IMG/VR virus record: IMGVR_UViG_3300048837_000795
Location: 1,424 to 65,423 of that record
Reading direction: 5' to 3' (one strand)
DNA: 64,000 nt
From: a virus
Taxonomy: Duplodnaviria; Caudoviricetes
A model generated the notes under the pieces. The model had not been told where the DNA came from and made no database searches. It worked only from the letters and a program-made list of their open reading frames with translations. The number at the start of each line of letters is the position of its first letter. Position 1 is the first letter of the stretch. Positions 1-8,913 of this stretch are shown piece after piece. Made by a program: the position numbers and the translations under genes.

Positions 1-203
1 ATCACAGACAAAGTGTCTTTCCAAACGTTTGAAGGATCAAACATGTTATGAATGGTGTAAGAGTAAGAGAAAGGGGATTGACTAGTTTTTTCACTGCGGC
101 CCTGTTTCCATCCCATCACGTGCTCACCGATCAGGAGATTTAATTCCTTGCCGGCTTCGAGCTCTTCAACAAACATACGGTCAATAATCATGGCTGTTCT
201 CAT
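1..203 (-). CDS. Partial phage protein, ABA-sandwich/BC1872-like (runs off window start)
   Basis: Hand translation from ATG at 203: MRTAMIIDRMFVEELEAGKELNLLIGEHVMGW...FDPSNVW; EAGxELxxLxxExVMGW pattern typical of this family. Confidence 0.55.
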   Translation of the reverse strand, partial: MRTAMIIDRMFVEELEAGKELNLLIGEHVMGWKQGRSEKTSQSPFSYSYTIHNMFDPSNVWKDTLSV

Positions 204-229
204 ATAGACTTACTTTAGTAATGCTATAC
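202..229. repeat. 11-6-11 inverted-repeat site (copy 1 of 9)
   Basis: ATATAGACTTA CTTTAG TAATGCTATAC. Confidence 0.65.
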
Positions 230-234
230 AATCG

Positions 235-375
235 CCTGTGAGGCATATAGAATGACGTTGCCTTGCCTGAATAGCCCTGTGAGGGCTCCTGTGCGGCCCT
301 GTGCGGCCCTGTGCGGTTCCTGTGCGGTGCCTTTGAGGCCTATGAGAGCCTTAGAGGGCTACGTGCCCTGCGCGG
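235..375 (+). repeat. Array of about 10 CCTGTG(A/C)GG direct repeats, ~10-bp period in the core
   Basis: Copies at 235, 276, 288, 298, 308, 319; degenerate copies at 330, 339, 349, 367. Confidence 0.85.
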
Positions 376-1648
376 AAATACCCGCCAATTTCTCCAGTTC
401 GGGTGTAGTTTTCCGCGAAGAAACTGCGTCAACCGGATGGGTCAGCCAGCCGCGGCGCTCCCACTCCTCGGCGGTGGTACGGATCTTCCATTCCGTCGCG
501 CGCCCGTCCATCATTTCAGCCAGCCGCTTGATCTTGAACTGCCCCCCCATCGTCTCAATCGCTAAGCGCACCAGCGTGCATTCAATCTCGGTCAGCGCGT
601 TGACCGGCGCGGTCCCGCCGCCCAACCAATCCGACTCGGCCTGCGGGTCGAGCATGTAGGTCTGGATGGGCTGGTATTGGCCGGCCAGGCGCAAGACGGC
701 CCTGCCTGGTCGCTGGATCTGGTTGGCATACAGGCCCCACGAGCGGTTATCCAGCGTTACCGACCCGCCGGTATCGTCGGCCATGCGGAAACATAACCGG
801 GTCTGGAGCATGCCCGACAGCTCGCGGCTCACATCTTTCGCGCGCCAGTTGTGCGCGGCCAAAACCATGTGCAGGCCCCACTTGCGCCCGCGCCTGGCCA
901 CCTCACCCAGTAGCCGCACGATCTCCTTATCACCCATGACCGTGTTGGCCTCATCGACCAGCAGCAGCACGCGCTTGAGTTTGTCGGGCGAGACCAAGTT
1001 ATAGGCATCCATATCATCCGGCGGCATGTCACCAATTGAGCGATACAGCGCCGCGCGCCGGGCAATCTCCGACTCCAGCAGCTCCAATAACTCTAAAACA
1101 TCGTCGCCCGAGGATGCGATGGGCCGGCCGGTGACCCGCTCCCAGGCCGCGCCAAACGTATGACCATCCGGGTCGGCAAGGTAAATATCCCAGCCGTGCA
1201 CCCGCGCCGTGTGGGAAAGCACGCGCAGGAAGGTGCTTTTACCCGAGCCTTGTCCGCCGCCGATCAGCATGTTTTGCCATGCCCGCGCGTCGGCCATGAT
1301 CGGCCCGCGCATACCTATGCCGAAGTCAAAGTTTTCCGGGCCGGGGAATGCCGGCAGTTGTGCGCTGTCTGGCAGCGCCGGTTTATTCGACAGTAGCACG
1401 GCGTATCTCAGGCCGGTCGAATTGGAAATGACTACAGGCCGGCCGCCCAGCGCGGTCGAAAGTGAGTGAACCAGGTCCTGGGTGATGTACGGCGCGAGTT
1501 TTGGCAGCGCGGGTAATACCCCGATCAGCCAGGCGTAGCCGTCGCGCTCGACCAGCAGCCAGCGTTCGGGCGTCTGTAGCTGGCGCGCCGTCATCATCTC
1601 GACAATCAGAGTCTTGACTGCCTGCGCCTGAGCCAGATAACTTTTCAC
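359..1648 (-). CDS. FtsK/SpoIIIE (TraB-like) DNA translocase ATPase with probable C-terminal winged helix
   Basis: Walker A GGGQGSGKST, Walker B LLLVDEA, ARRGRKWGLHMVLA, RLCFR, PGRA motifs of the FtsK family. Confidence 0.85.
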   Translation of the reverse strand: MKSYLAQAQAVKTLIVEMMTARQLQTPERWLLVERDGYAWLIGVLPALPKLAPYITQDLVHSLSTALGGRPVVISNSTGLRYAVLLSNKPALPDSAQLPAFPGPENFDFGIGMRGPIMADARAWQNMLIGGGQGSGKSTFLRVLSHTARVHGWDIYLADPDGHTFGAAWERVTGRPIASSGDDVLELLELLESEIARRAALYRSIGDMPPDDMDAYNLVSPDKLKRVLLLVDEANTVMGDKEIVRLLGEVARRGRKWGLHMVLAAHNWRAKDVSRELSGMLQTRLCFRMADDTGGSVTLDNRSWGLYANQIQRPGRAVLRLAGQYQPIQTYMLDPQAESDWLGGGTAPVNALTEIECTLVRLAIETMGGQFKIKRLAEMMDGRATEWKIRTTAEEWERRGWLTHPVDAVSSRKTTPELEKLAGISAQGT

Positions 1649-2607
1649 TTTCCACCCCCTTGCATCAACAGTTTGCGCTCAACCTCATCCAGAATATTAC
1701 CCATCGCCGGGTCGCCCGGGTCGATAATCTCAATCTCGCCGGCAGTGCGCGGCGCATCTAGTGCCGGCGGGGGAAAGCTGGAAGGCGTGGCCCGCAGCAG
1801 GTCAATCTTCTGTTCGTTTTGCTTGACCAGCAGCTGGACGGCCGGCGGGGTCTGCTCGGGCGCGGCGGTATTCATCACCGGGTTGACCTGCAAATTGGGG
1901 TTGATCGCCAGGCCGTTTTTGATTTGCACCGGGTATTTGCCCTGGGCATTGGCGTGCACCTCTTTGTACTCGGTCTTTTTCCACACCCAGCGGTAAGCCA
2001 GCAGCCCCAGCAGGCCCAGTAAAAAGGTGGGAATCGCCCATTTGGTCACGGCCCAAACGGTGACCATCGTTTTGCGCGATTGGATATCCAGGGCGCGTTT
2101 CTCCTGCTCAGCGTCGTTTTTTTCGGCGATGGCTGTGGCGGCCTCGTTGGTCACCGCCATCTCCGCGCTGAAAACCGCCTGGGTCTGGGTGCTGGCAATG
2201 GCGGAGGCCTTCCTGCGCTCGATCGCGTTATCGGTGGACATGATCGAGCCTGCCGTGGCCGTTTGACCGTCGATGCGCAGCCGGTAAGCAAACTCGGTCG
2301 CCTGCGCGTACTCGCCGGCCACACGGAACGCCTCAGCCGTGTTGGCTGCGCGCCAGGTACTATCGGCGTCGGCTACCATGCGGGCAGCCACGGCAGTCTC
2401 TTCCAGCCCGCTGTATCCGCGGGGAGCTTCGAGCACAGGCAGGCGAAAGACCGCTGCGCTGGCAGGTTGGTTCGGATCGCCCAGCGCGGAAGAGGCAAAC
2501 GCCGCCATACCCAAACACACCAGGATGATCAGGAAGATCATTACCCCTGAGTTCCCGCCGGAAGACCTGGAACCACCGCCCTCGTGATGACCGCCGTATC
2601 CACTCAT
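1645..2607 (-). CDS. Two-TM membrane protein with Ala-rich helical region, translationally coupled to the FtsK-like gene
   Basis: ATG 2607 with GGAGG; hydrophobic segments VMIFLIILVCLGMAAFAS and WAIPTFLLGLLGLLAYRW; 4-nt overlap with next gene. Confidence 0.7.
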   Translation of the reverse strand: MSGYGGHHEGGGSRSSGGNSGVMIFLIILVCLGMAAFASSALGDPNQPASAAVFRLPVLEAPRGYSGLEETAVAARMVADADSTWRAANTAEAFRVAGEYAQATEFAYRLRIDGQTATAGSIMSTDNAIERRKASAIASTQTQAVFSAEMAVTNEAATAIAEKNDAEQEKRALDIQSRKTMVTVWAVTKWAIPTFLLGLLGLLAYRWVWKKTEYKEVHANAQGKYPVQIKNGLAINPNLQVNPVMNTAAPEQTPPAVQLLVKQNEQKIDLLRATPSSFPPPALDAPRTAGEIEIIDPGDPAMGNILDEVERKLLMQGGGK

Positions 2608-2608
2608 G

Positions 2609-3526
2609 TTATCCCTCCCAAAAGGGGATGAACCCTTTAACCTGCTTTGCGATCGCCCGATAAACGTCTTTATCAATCAGTACGATCTTTACTTCCGGGT
2701 AGTACTTCGCCATTCGATCCAGCTTTGTTTTTGACTTTTGATCCATCCAACCTTTAACCTCGTGGTACTCGATCGACCCGTCGCAGCCGTAAACCTTGAA
2801 ATCTGGAAGATAGGATCTTGTACCGCGCTTTATAGCGTGAAACTCAAAAACATCCGGCTCGAATTCCCACTTTGCAATCTGACCAATGGAGATAAGCCAA
2901 TTCAGGTATCTTGCGTAATTGGCCTCCCAGGCGGAGCGAAAATACTTTCCGTCCAGGTCATCGCGCCTGCCCATTCTCCCGCTACTATATCCCTGGCGAA
3001 GCTTCCCCTCTTTTTGCATTGCAGTCATACGATCAGAGCATGCCTGTGATCTTTCGTCCGAATTCAATTTAGAATCAGGATTTGCCCATGCGAGAGTGAT
3101 ACCTTTTGACATCAATTCTCTGGTGCTTTCAGTATGCGTTTTCCCTCTGTGTCCTTTCGGATGCTCATGGGTTTTATGCCATTCCTTTACAAGCAAAGAC
3201 ATCTTTCTTATTTGACCCCGTGACTTCTTCCTGTTCTGGTTGGTCAACCCGAGCTCCCGGGCCTTGCGAGAAATATTTGCCTTATCACGTGAAAACAAAA
3301 CTTCAAGCGCATCCAGATTTATTTCATCTCCCTGGTAGTGTTCACGCAGTATCTCGATCTCTTTGTCGGTCCAGAATTCATGGCGCTTTCTCCAACCCAT
3401 CTTCCAGCATAGGTTTCTTACAGATGTTTCGTTGCGTCCAAGAACTGAAGCAATGTCTTTATACTCCAGGGTCTGGTAATTCAGTTTGACCAGCTCGATC
3501 TCGTGATCCTGCCATTTTCCCATCAT
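2609..3526 (-). CDS. PD-(D/E)XK endonuclease with N-terminal HTH/NUMOD-like repeats (possible homing endonuclease)
   Basis: RSAWEANYA..WEFEP..YLPDF..YHEVKG; W-x-x-x-E-x-x-x-L repeats; more AT-rich than neighbours. Confidence 0.7.
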   Translation of the reverse strand: MMGKWQDHEIELVKLNYQTLEYKDIASVLGRNETSVRNLCWKMGWRKRHEFWTDKEIEILREHYQGDEINLDALEVLFSRDKANISRKARELGLTNQNRKKSRGQIRKMSLLVKEWHKTHEHPKGHRGKTHTESTRELMSKGITLAWANPDSKLNSDERSQACSDRMTAMQKEGKLRQGYSSGRMGRRDDLDGKYFRSAWEANYARYLNWLISIGQIAKWEFEPDVFEFHAIKRGTRSYLPDFKVYGCDGSIEYHEVKGWMDQKSKTKLDRMAKYYPEVKIVLIDKDVYRAIAKQVKGFIPFWEG

Positions 3527-3684
3527 ACCGCGCTCCCTCCATCCTGGCATACTTGCGCGCCGGGCCACAGCTGCGAATACAATTCCTGCCTGCGCTGGAT
3601 CTCCGCGGCAAGCTGGCGCTCAGCCGGCCAGTCACCGCGCAGAATTGCTAAACAGCGCTCGATTTCCAGCCGGGTGTCAGTCAT
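3523..3684 (-). CDS. Small hypothetical protein
   Basis: MTDTRLEIERC... overlaps both neighbours. Confidence 0.45.
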   Translation of the reverse strand: MTDTRLEIERCLAILRGDWPAERQLAAEIQRRQELYSQLWPGAQVCQDGGSAV

Positions 3685-4633
3685 TGTAAAGGCCTCGCTG
3701 AGCGCGGGCGCCCAAAATCTCGCGCACGTCGCAGCCCTCGACTTCAACCGGCACCCCGCCCGAAATGCGAGAGGCCAAATAGGCCATATCCTCGGGCAGC
3801 GAGTCGGGGTTGTTTTTCATGGCCAGCACGGTCAGCAATCCGCTCGATTCGTAGCGGGTATCCAGCAGGCGGTGCATTGTCTGCATCACCCACGGCGTGT
3901 GGGCAATCTGGTCAAGCTCATCGATGGCCAGCACCGGGATCTGCCGCGTCTCGCGGATCGCCGCCTCGACCGCAATGCCGCCACGGTCATCGCCGAACAT
4001 ATCGCGGATCTCGGCGATCAGGTCGGAGGCGTTGACGTAGCGCGAGCGCACGCCAATCCCCCGAAAGCCGTTGACCAGGCTTTTGAGCAAATGGCTCTTT
4101 CCCCGGCCAGGCTGGCCCCAGAACGTGACGAAGCCCTCGGGCCGCTCATTCATACCCAGCATGTTGCGCGCAGCGCGCTGCGCGAGCTGCTTTTCCGCAA
4201 AATCGCCGGTCACACGGAACTGCTCCAGTGAGACAGACAAATCATCGCCTTTTAAACCGCAGTTTGCGCGGAGGTAATCCTTCCACGCCTCACCGGTGCA
4301 CCGCGGGCAGGGGCTGGAATGCGTCTCGCCAGTGTACCAGCCTGGGACGGGTGTCGGCAGCCACTTGACCTTACCGCCATTGGGTTGGGCGTAGGGGCCG
4401 GAGACGGACACAAAGACAAACATCAGCCGCGCCCCGCCGCAGTTACGGCAGAGATTGGCAACGGCATTATCAGGCGCGTCGACCAGCAGCTTTGTCGCCT
4501 TCGGGTTATCCAGCAGCGCAACCAGGTCAGCCGGCCATATTCTCCCGTCAGGGATAGGCCGCTCGGGCGGAAGCGATTCTAATTCCGGCGCGTCTATCTG
4601 AATATCGCTGAGTATATTCTGAATAGTGGTCAT
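3677..4633 (-). CDS. DnaC/IstB-like ATPase (helicase loader)
   Basis: CxxC pairs, Walker A GQPGRGKS, Walker B LAIDEL, LLDTRY; follows the initiator gene. Confidence 0.85.
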   Translation of the reverse strand: MTTIQNILSDIQIDAPELESLPPERPIPDGRIWPADLVALLDNPKATKLLVDAPDNAVANLCRNCGGARLMFVFVSVSGPYAQPNGGKVKWLPTPVPGWYTGETHSSPCPRCTGEAWKDYLRANCGLKGDDLSVSLEQFRVTGDFAEKQLAQRAARNMLGMNERPEGFVTFWGQPGRGKSHLLKSLVNGFRGIGVRSRYVNASDLIAEIRDMFGDDRGGIAVEAAIRETRQIPVLAIDELDQIAHTPWVMQTMHRLLDTRYESSGLLTVLAMKNNPDSLPEDMAYLASRISGGVPVEVEGCDVREILGARAQRGLYND

Positions 4634-5724
4634 GCTTTCACCCCTTTCCCGCGCAGGTAAATCTGATAATCGTTCTCAGTCACCGTCTCGCCGAATAAGT
4701 CCAGGTTCTTACGCTGGAAAACCTCGAAAGAGTCCACGTCAGTGAACGCCGGCTTACTGGCGCGCAGCTCCGCAGCCTTAGCGGTCACATAGTACGTCAG
4801 CGACCCGGGCCGGCCTGGCATAAACCGTTTGTCAATCTGCTGGCCTTTCCAATCCTCGTGGTATGCCCGTAAAGCATTTAGGCCGAATTCGCCGCAAGCC
4901 TCACGCAGATCGCGGGCCTCGTTGATCCATAGGCCATGCTGCCCGGCCTTTTTTCCAGCCTTTGCCGGCGGAACAAGTTTCCACAAACGGCAGACCTCCC
5001 GAATGATCTCGCGGGTATCTTCCGGATAAGAGGAAAAATCGATCTCCCCTTTCCGCGCCTCGAACTTCTGCAAGGCTGCCAACGCGCCGGCGTTTTTGAC
5101 CGTTCCGTTTCCGTTGGAGGCAGCGGGCGCGTCAGCGCCCAAATCTTTGTTAGTCTCTGAAGTACCCTCTGTAGGAATAGTCTCTGTTAATGGTTCTCGC
5201 CGTTTGGCGAGAAGGTTTTCGCCGTTTGGCAATTCCCTTTTCGCCGTTTGGCGAGAACCACCGTTTTCGCCGTTTGGCGAAAAGGGAATTTTGGCATTCG
5301 CGAGCTTCGCTTCCGGGGTGTATGGATTGATAAATGGTTTAGCCGCCCACTCATTCCACAAAGCCAAAAAGCGATCTTCGACCAGCCGCAGGTGCAAGGT
5401 TGGGTCGCGATTGAACTGGAAGAGTTTCTTTTCGATCAGCCCGGTTTTTACCAAAATCGCCAGGATCCGGTCTGATTGATCAGGGGTAATCCTGACCCGC
5501 TCATACCATTCGTAACGGCGGGCAGCGATCCAGAACTTACCCTCGTGTTCCACGCGCAGCTTTGAGCCGCCCTCTTTGGTTGGGAGATACCAATAGACAA
5601 TCTCGCTCAACACCAGGCCGGCCAGTACATCCCCGCCGGCCATATCCACGTAGATCTTTTTGAAATCAATCGTGTCGCGGGAAGCGCGCTCCCACTGGAA
5701 GAACCGATCCATCGATGACATCAC
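4630..5724 (-). CDS. Phage replication initiator (N-terminal winged HTH)
   Basis: AGLVLSEIVYWY...WIA...W wHTH pattern, low-complexity linker, adjacent to DnaC-like gene. Confidence 0.75.
   Translation of the reverse strand: MMSSMDRFFQWERASRDTIDFKKIYVDMAGGDVLAGLVLSEIVYWYLPTKEGGSKLRVEHEGKFWIAARRYEWYERVRITPDQSDRILAILVKTGLIEKKLFQFNRDPTLHLRLVEDRFLALWNEWAAKPFINPYTPEAKLANAKIPFSPNGENGGSRQTAKRELPNGENLLAKRREPLTETIPTEGTSETNKDLGADAPAASNGNGTVKNAGALAALQKFEARKGEIDFSSYPEDTREIIREVCRLWKLVPPAKAGKKAGQHGLWINEARDLREACGEFGLNALRAYHEDWKGQQIDKRFMPGRPGSLTYYVTAKAAELRASKPAFTDVDSFEVFQRKNLDLFGETVTENDYQIYLRGKGVKA
5196..5283 (+). repeat. TTTTCGCCGTTTGGC repeats inside the initiator gene (iteron-like, candidate origin)
   Basis: Four copies of TCGCCGTTTGGC near 5197, 5219, 5241 and 5267; lambdoid origins lie within the initiator gene. 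Confidence 0.6.
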
Positions 5725-6080
5725 TCAGAGTCCCCCTCGGCACTCGATTCGGCCTCTTCCTGGCCTTCCACGCTCCGGATAGAGCCGGTGAAAGACGGCA
5801 CCGCCTCGACCTCGACGAAAACGGTATAGATCCGGTTCGTGCGCGGGTCGCTGACGGTAATCGTCATAGAATTTGGATAATCAAAGTCACCGAAACGATC
5901 TTCGAGGTATTCTTCAGCGGCCTTCTCCGGACTATCCGCGTAAACCGGTACAAGATCTTCCGGGTCATAATCTTCAGGCCCGCAGAGATACATCGGCGGG
6001 CATTTGTGCCCGTATAGAAAAGTTCTTTCTTTGCATGTCGGGCATTCGCCCCAGCTGTTCGCCCAGTCGCTCATAGCCAC
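5721..6080 (-). CDS. Hypothetical protein with N-terminal Zn-binding motif
   Basis: CPTC...HKC; acidic; RBS upstream. Confidence 0.6.
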   Translation of the reverse strand: MAMSDWANSWGECPTCKERTFLYGHKCPPMYLCGPEDYDPEDLVPVYADSPEKAAEEYLEDRFGDFDYPNSMTITVSDPRTNRIYTVFVEVEAVPSFTGSIRSVEGQEEAESSAEGDSE

Positions 6081-6117
6081 GCTCCCCTCACCAGTCAGAA
6101 TATAAAAACATCTAACC

Positions 6118-6146
6118 TAAAACCGGTTTCGCGTGAATTAATTAAG
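6118..6146 (-). promoter_or_regulatory. 29-bp putative middle promoter driving the replication operon
   Basis: Minus strand CTTAATTAATTCACGCGAAACCGGTTTTA. Confidence 0.75.
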
Positions 6147-6405
6147 CAGCGTCCCAGTTATTGGCCTGACCGGCTTGAAACTCGTGCCCGAGCTGGGCCT
6201 GCGCTGCCAGAATCGAGCGGCGCACCCGCTCGATATCCGTCAGTACGGGCGTGAGCAGCTCGCGCATTTCTTCGCGCCGGCTGATCGCCTGGCGCACGCG
6301 CAGCTCATCATGCTCAAGGATGGCCAGCGCCGTGCCCAGCGAGTAGAGGCGGTCCTCGACCGACGCCTGGCGCGCGTCGGCCGATCTGGATAATTGGCCC
6401 TTCAT
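6142..6405 (-). CDS. Hypothetical helical protein
   Basis: ORF coupled to the upstream gene by ATGA overlap. Confidence 0.55.
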   Translation of the reverse strand: MKGQLSRSADARQASVEDRLYSLGTALAILEHDELRVRQAISRREEMRELLTPVLTDIERVRRSILAAQAQLGHEFQAGQANNWDAA

Positions 6406-6764
6406 GGCCGCTCTTCCATCTGCCGGGCCCGCAGCGCCTCGCGCTCTTCTGCCTCGCGGGCGCGCAAACCGCGCTCGTGCCAGCTATCCAGCGCGTATAG
6501 AGCGCCAACCGTCAGGCCGGCGGAAACCACAATTGCCCATAGCGCTAAGGCCGCTGTGTAGGGTGATATATAACCAATTTCAAATTGGCACCAAATTAGT
6601 AGGGCTGTATAAGGCAGCAAAATCCCTAACAGTCCTAGAATATAGTTATAGATAGGATGGAGTCGATCACGACCAACAAGATAACGCCACGGCCAGTAAT
6701 GCTCCCCAACCATGACCACCGCGGCAAAAATCGCAGCCAACATTACGGAAAATAGAATACTCAT
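6402..6764 (-). CDS. Three-TM membrane protein
   Basis: ATG 6764 with GGAGG; three hydrophobic helices. Confidence 0.6.
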   Translation of the reverse strand: MSILFSVMLAAIFAAVVMVGEHYWPWRYLVGRDRLHPIYNYILGLLGILLPYTALLIWCQFEIGYISPYTAALALWAIVVSAGLTVGALYALDSWHERGLRAREAEEREALRARQMEERP

Positions 6765-6822
6765 GGAAGACCTCCCAGAAACGAATATGTCACGGGAGCG
6801 GATCCTCGCTATTATAAAAAGC

Positions 6823-7692
6823 ATGCTCAACGACGTGGACCGCTTCCTGAACGAAACAGACTACAGCCCAGCCACCGCGGTATCCTACGGGTACCATCTC
6901 AAACGGTTGGCGGACTGGTTAGATGCTGTTTGCATCCCCCCTGAGCATCTCAATGCGTCCTTACTGCGCACCTATCTCGGGTCCCACGGCTGGCGCAACA
7001 ACTGTCAGCGGCTGGCCGGCAATGCCGCGAAAAGTTTTTTGAAGTGGCGTTACGGCGCGACTCATGCGGCGCTGAGCCTCAAGCTGCCAAAGGACGACTC
7101 TGCCCCCGGCCGCGCATTGGACCAGGTCGAGGTCGACCGGCTGCTGGCTGTGTTCGACACGACCAAAGCCGTCGGCTGGCGCGACCTGGCCATGCTGGCG
7201 TTGATGGTTGAGTCAGGCATCCGCGAGGCAGAAGTCTGCCGTCTGGAGCTGGATTACCTCGACCTGCGCAAGATGCGCTTCGATGTGCTGGCCAAAGGAC
7301 GCGACTGGCGAGAGGGCGTCTTTTCGCCCATTACCGCGCAGTACCTGGATATCTGGCTGAATGCCAGAAAGGAGTTTGCCTATCCACCAAAATGCCCTTA
7401 TGTGTTTGTGAGTGTGAATGGCAAGACCAAAGGGCGTCGTATGACGCCCGGCGGTCTGCGGGCCAATTTTCGTAAAATGGGAGTACGGGCAGAATTGGGG
7501 AAATTCTCTCCGCACGTCATGCGCCGTACAATGGCAACGCTATTGATTTTAAACGGCGCGCCTACCCGGCTGGTGCAGGAGCTCGGAGGCTGGAGTGATA
7601 TCCAGATGGTCGAGCGCTACACGCGCACGATCAATCCTCAACAAATCGAGCAGTATTCCCCGCTCTGCAATCCTATAGGGTTATCAAAGTAA
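6823..7692 (+). CDS. int: Tyrosine recombinase/integrase (XerC/D-like; start uncertain, ORF open from 6712)
   Basis: RDLAML..SGIREAEV (R), AKG (K), SPHVMRR (HxxR), LGGWSD (W), MVERY (Y). Confidence 0.92.
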   Translation: MLNDVDRFLNETDYSPATAVSYGYHLKRLADWLDAVCIPPEHLNASLLRTYLGSHGWRNNCQRLAGNAAKSFLKWRYGATHAALSLKLPKDDSAPGRALDQVEVDRLLAVFDTTKAVGWRDLAMLALMVESGIREAEVCRLELDYLDLRKMRFDVLAKGRDWREGVFSPITAQYLDIWLNARKEFAYPPKCPYVFVSVNGKTKGRRMTPGGLRANFRKMGVRAELGKFSPHVMRRTMATLLILNGAPTRLVQELGGWSDIQMVERYTRTINPQQIEQYSPLCNPIGLSK

Positions 7693-7700
7693 TCCGATAA
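7673..7700. repeat. 11-6-11 site (copy 2), overlapping the integrase stop codon
   Basis: CTATAGGGTTA TCAAAG TAATCCGATAA. Confidence 0.8.
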
Positions 7701-7725
7701 GATGACTCCTACCCTACCCAAAACA

Positions 7726-7767
7726 GCGGTCCTGCGGTAAAATAATAGCCGCAAGACCGCTTTTCTT
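7726..7767 (+). terminator. Intrinsic terminator after integrase
   Basis: GCGGTC-C-TGCGG...CCGCA-A-GACCGC followed by TTTTCTT. Confidence 0.6.
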
Positions 7768-7820
7768 GGCTCACTAGCTCAATTGGCAGAGCAATTGACT
7801 CTTAATCAATGGGATTTAGG
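7768..7820 (+). tRNA. Truncated tRNA-Lys(CTT), 5' portion only; probable attP
   Basis: GGCTCAC TA GCTC AATTGGCA GAGC A ATTGA CT CTT AA TCAAT GGG; T-arm degenerate, no 3' acceptor strand; ~75 bp after integrase. Confidence 0.75.
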
Positions 7821-7875
7821 GTCAACGGATCCGAGAAAATGCGGTTTTTTTGTTGTTAACGTGCTAGGTGACTAC

Positions 7876-8199
7876 ATGACTGAGAGCCTGAAACTCTTCA
7901 ACGTTTTTGGGATGGTGACAGTCAGGCATAACCGCATCGTCGCATTGGCGACGGCAATTTTGCCAGGTGGCAGCAGCTGTGAGCGGACTCTGGCGCGCGA
8001 CATCGACCCACCACTGAGCGTGATCGCGGATAACAAATCATTAACCTTGCTGTTTGCGGCCTCCCTGCGCGGGGAAACCCGGGCCGAGGTGGCCGTCCAG
8101 CAGGTATCCGCGCGGACGGGCGCGGCGTCGGTGATCGACGAGCCGGCCGTGCAAAGCGCGATTGAGGATGTGATTGGTCTGGTGCGCAAAGCTCTATAA
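7876..8199 (+). CDS. Hypothetical protein
   Basis: ATG 7876 preceded by AGGTG. Confidence 0.55.
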   Translation: MTESLKLFNVFGMVTVRHNRIVALATAILPGGSSCERTLARDIDPPLSVIADNKSLTLLFAASLRGETRAEVAVQQVSARTGAASVIDEPAVQSAIEDVIGLVRKAL

Positions 8200-8280
8200 G
8201 CCTCTACAGCCTACCGGCTGATACGGCGCCGCTGATCCTGGTGACACCTGGCTGGATCGACAGTTCAGCGGACATCGATG

Positions 8281-8315
8281 CCCGGCCCCCATTTTGAGGG
8301 GCTGGGTTGTTTTTA
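8281..8315. terminator. Terminator between convergent genes
   Basis: CCCGGCCCC..GGGGCTGGG followed by TTGTTTTT. Confidence 0.55.
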
Positions 8316-8316
8316 A

Positions 8317-8565
8317 TTATTTGGGTATACCCGAATCTCCTCCTGGGGTGTAGAATAGGATATCGCCGGGGTCCACCTGGCGACCCAACCGAGATGAGAA
8401 AAAATCGCACAGCGTTACCAGGGTGGCATAGCTGATTGCCCCGCCCTTGCCGTTGCGCAGGTTATACGCCGTAGTGGGGGAAATACCGGCACGGGCCAGA
8501 TCGATCGGTGTGGCCTCAGCCTCAACTAACAAACTTTCAACACGCAGCTCTATTGTTCCCGGCAT
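8317..8565 (-). CDS. Cro/CI-type (XRE) HTH regulator, likely immunity repressor
   Basis: DLARAGISPTTAYNL..ISYATLVTLCDFF..DPGDIL; GGAGG RBS; divergent from the lytic operon. Confidence 0.8.
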   Translation of the reverse strand: MPGTIELRVESLLVEAEATPIDLARAGISPTTAYNLRNGKGGAISYATLVTLCDFFSSRLGRQVDPGDILFYTPGGDSGIPK

Positions 8566-8584
8566 AAAACCTCCATTTCGGTTT

Positions 8585-8613
8585 ATTGTATACTGTTAGT
8601 ATTCCACTGTCAA
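8585..8613 (-). promoter_or_regulatory. sigma70 promoter for the repressor
   Basis: Minus strand TTGACA-N17-TACAAT. Confidence 0.85.
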
Positions 8614-8666
8614 CAAAGGAAATGTGCCTATAAACTCATATAATCTAAGGAAATTCTTTTACACTG

Positions 8667-8695
8667 TTGACAATGCACTAGAAAAGCCTTACAAT
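8667..8695 (+). promoter_or_regulatory. sigma70 early lytic promoter
   Basis: TTGACA-N17-TACAAT. Confidence 0.85.
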
Positions 8696-8760
8696 GAACG
8701 TACCAAACAAACTGATCCAGCCAATCAGATGCAAGACCAGTCACCAGGAGTACCGTATCA

Positions 8761-8904
8761 ATGTCAGCCGTTTTCTTCACCCTTCACCCCACTGCTGCCC
8801 GCTCATTTGAGCAATGCAAAACCATCGCCGACCTGGCCCGCTCCGCTGTGGAGCTCGCGCCGGGTTTTCTGACGTTTTTCAAGATGCTCACAATTGGCCT
8901 TTAG
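8761..8904 (+). CDS. Small early protein (47 aa), not in the ORF track
   Basis: AGGAG RBS, MSAVFFTLHPTAARSFEQCKTIADLARSAVELAPGFLTFFKMLTIGL. Confidence 0.45.
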   Translation: MSAVFFTLHPTAARSFEQCKTIADLARSAVELAPGFLTFFKMLTIGL

Positions 8905-8913
8905 GGGGACACG

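Noticed and set aside
235-375. Repeat array as a CRISPR
   Set aside because: Repeats are 9 bp with 0-3 nt gaps in the core, there are no spacers, and no cas genes were recognised
7673-7700. Canonical host dif site
   Set aside because: Geometry matches, but the arms read TTA-N6-TAA rather than the dif ATAA-N6-TTAT consensus
8366-8390. CCTGGCGACCCAACC resembling a tRNA 3' end (split tRNA idea)
   Set aside because: Does not pair with the GGCTCAC acceptor, has no TTC loop, and lies inside the repressor CDS
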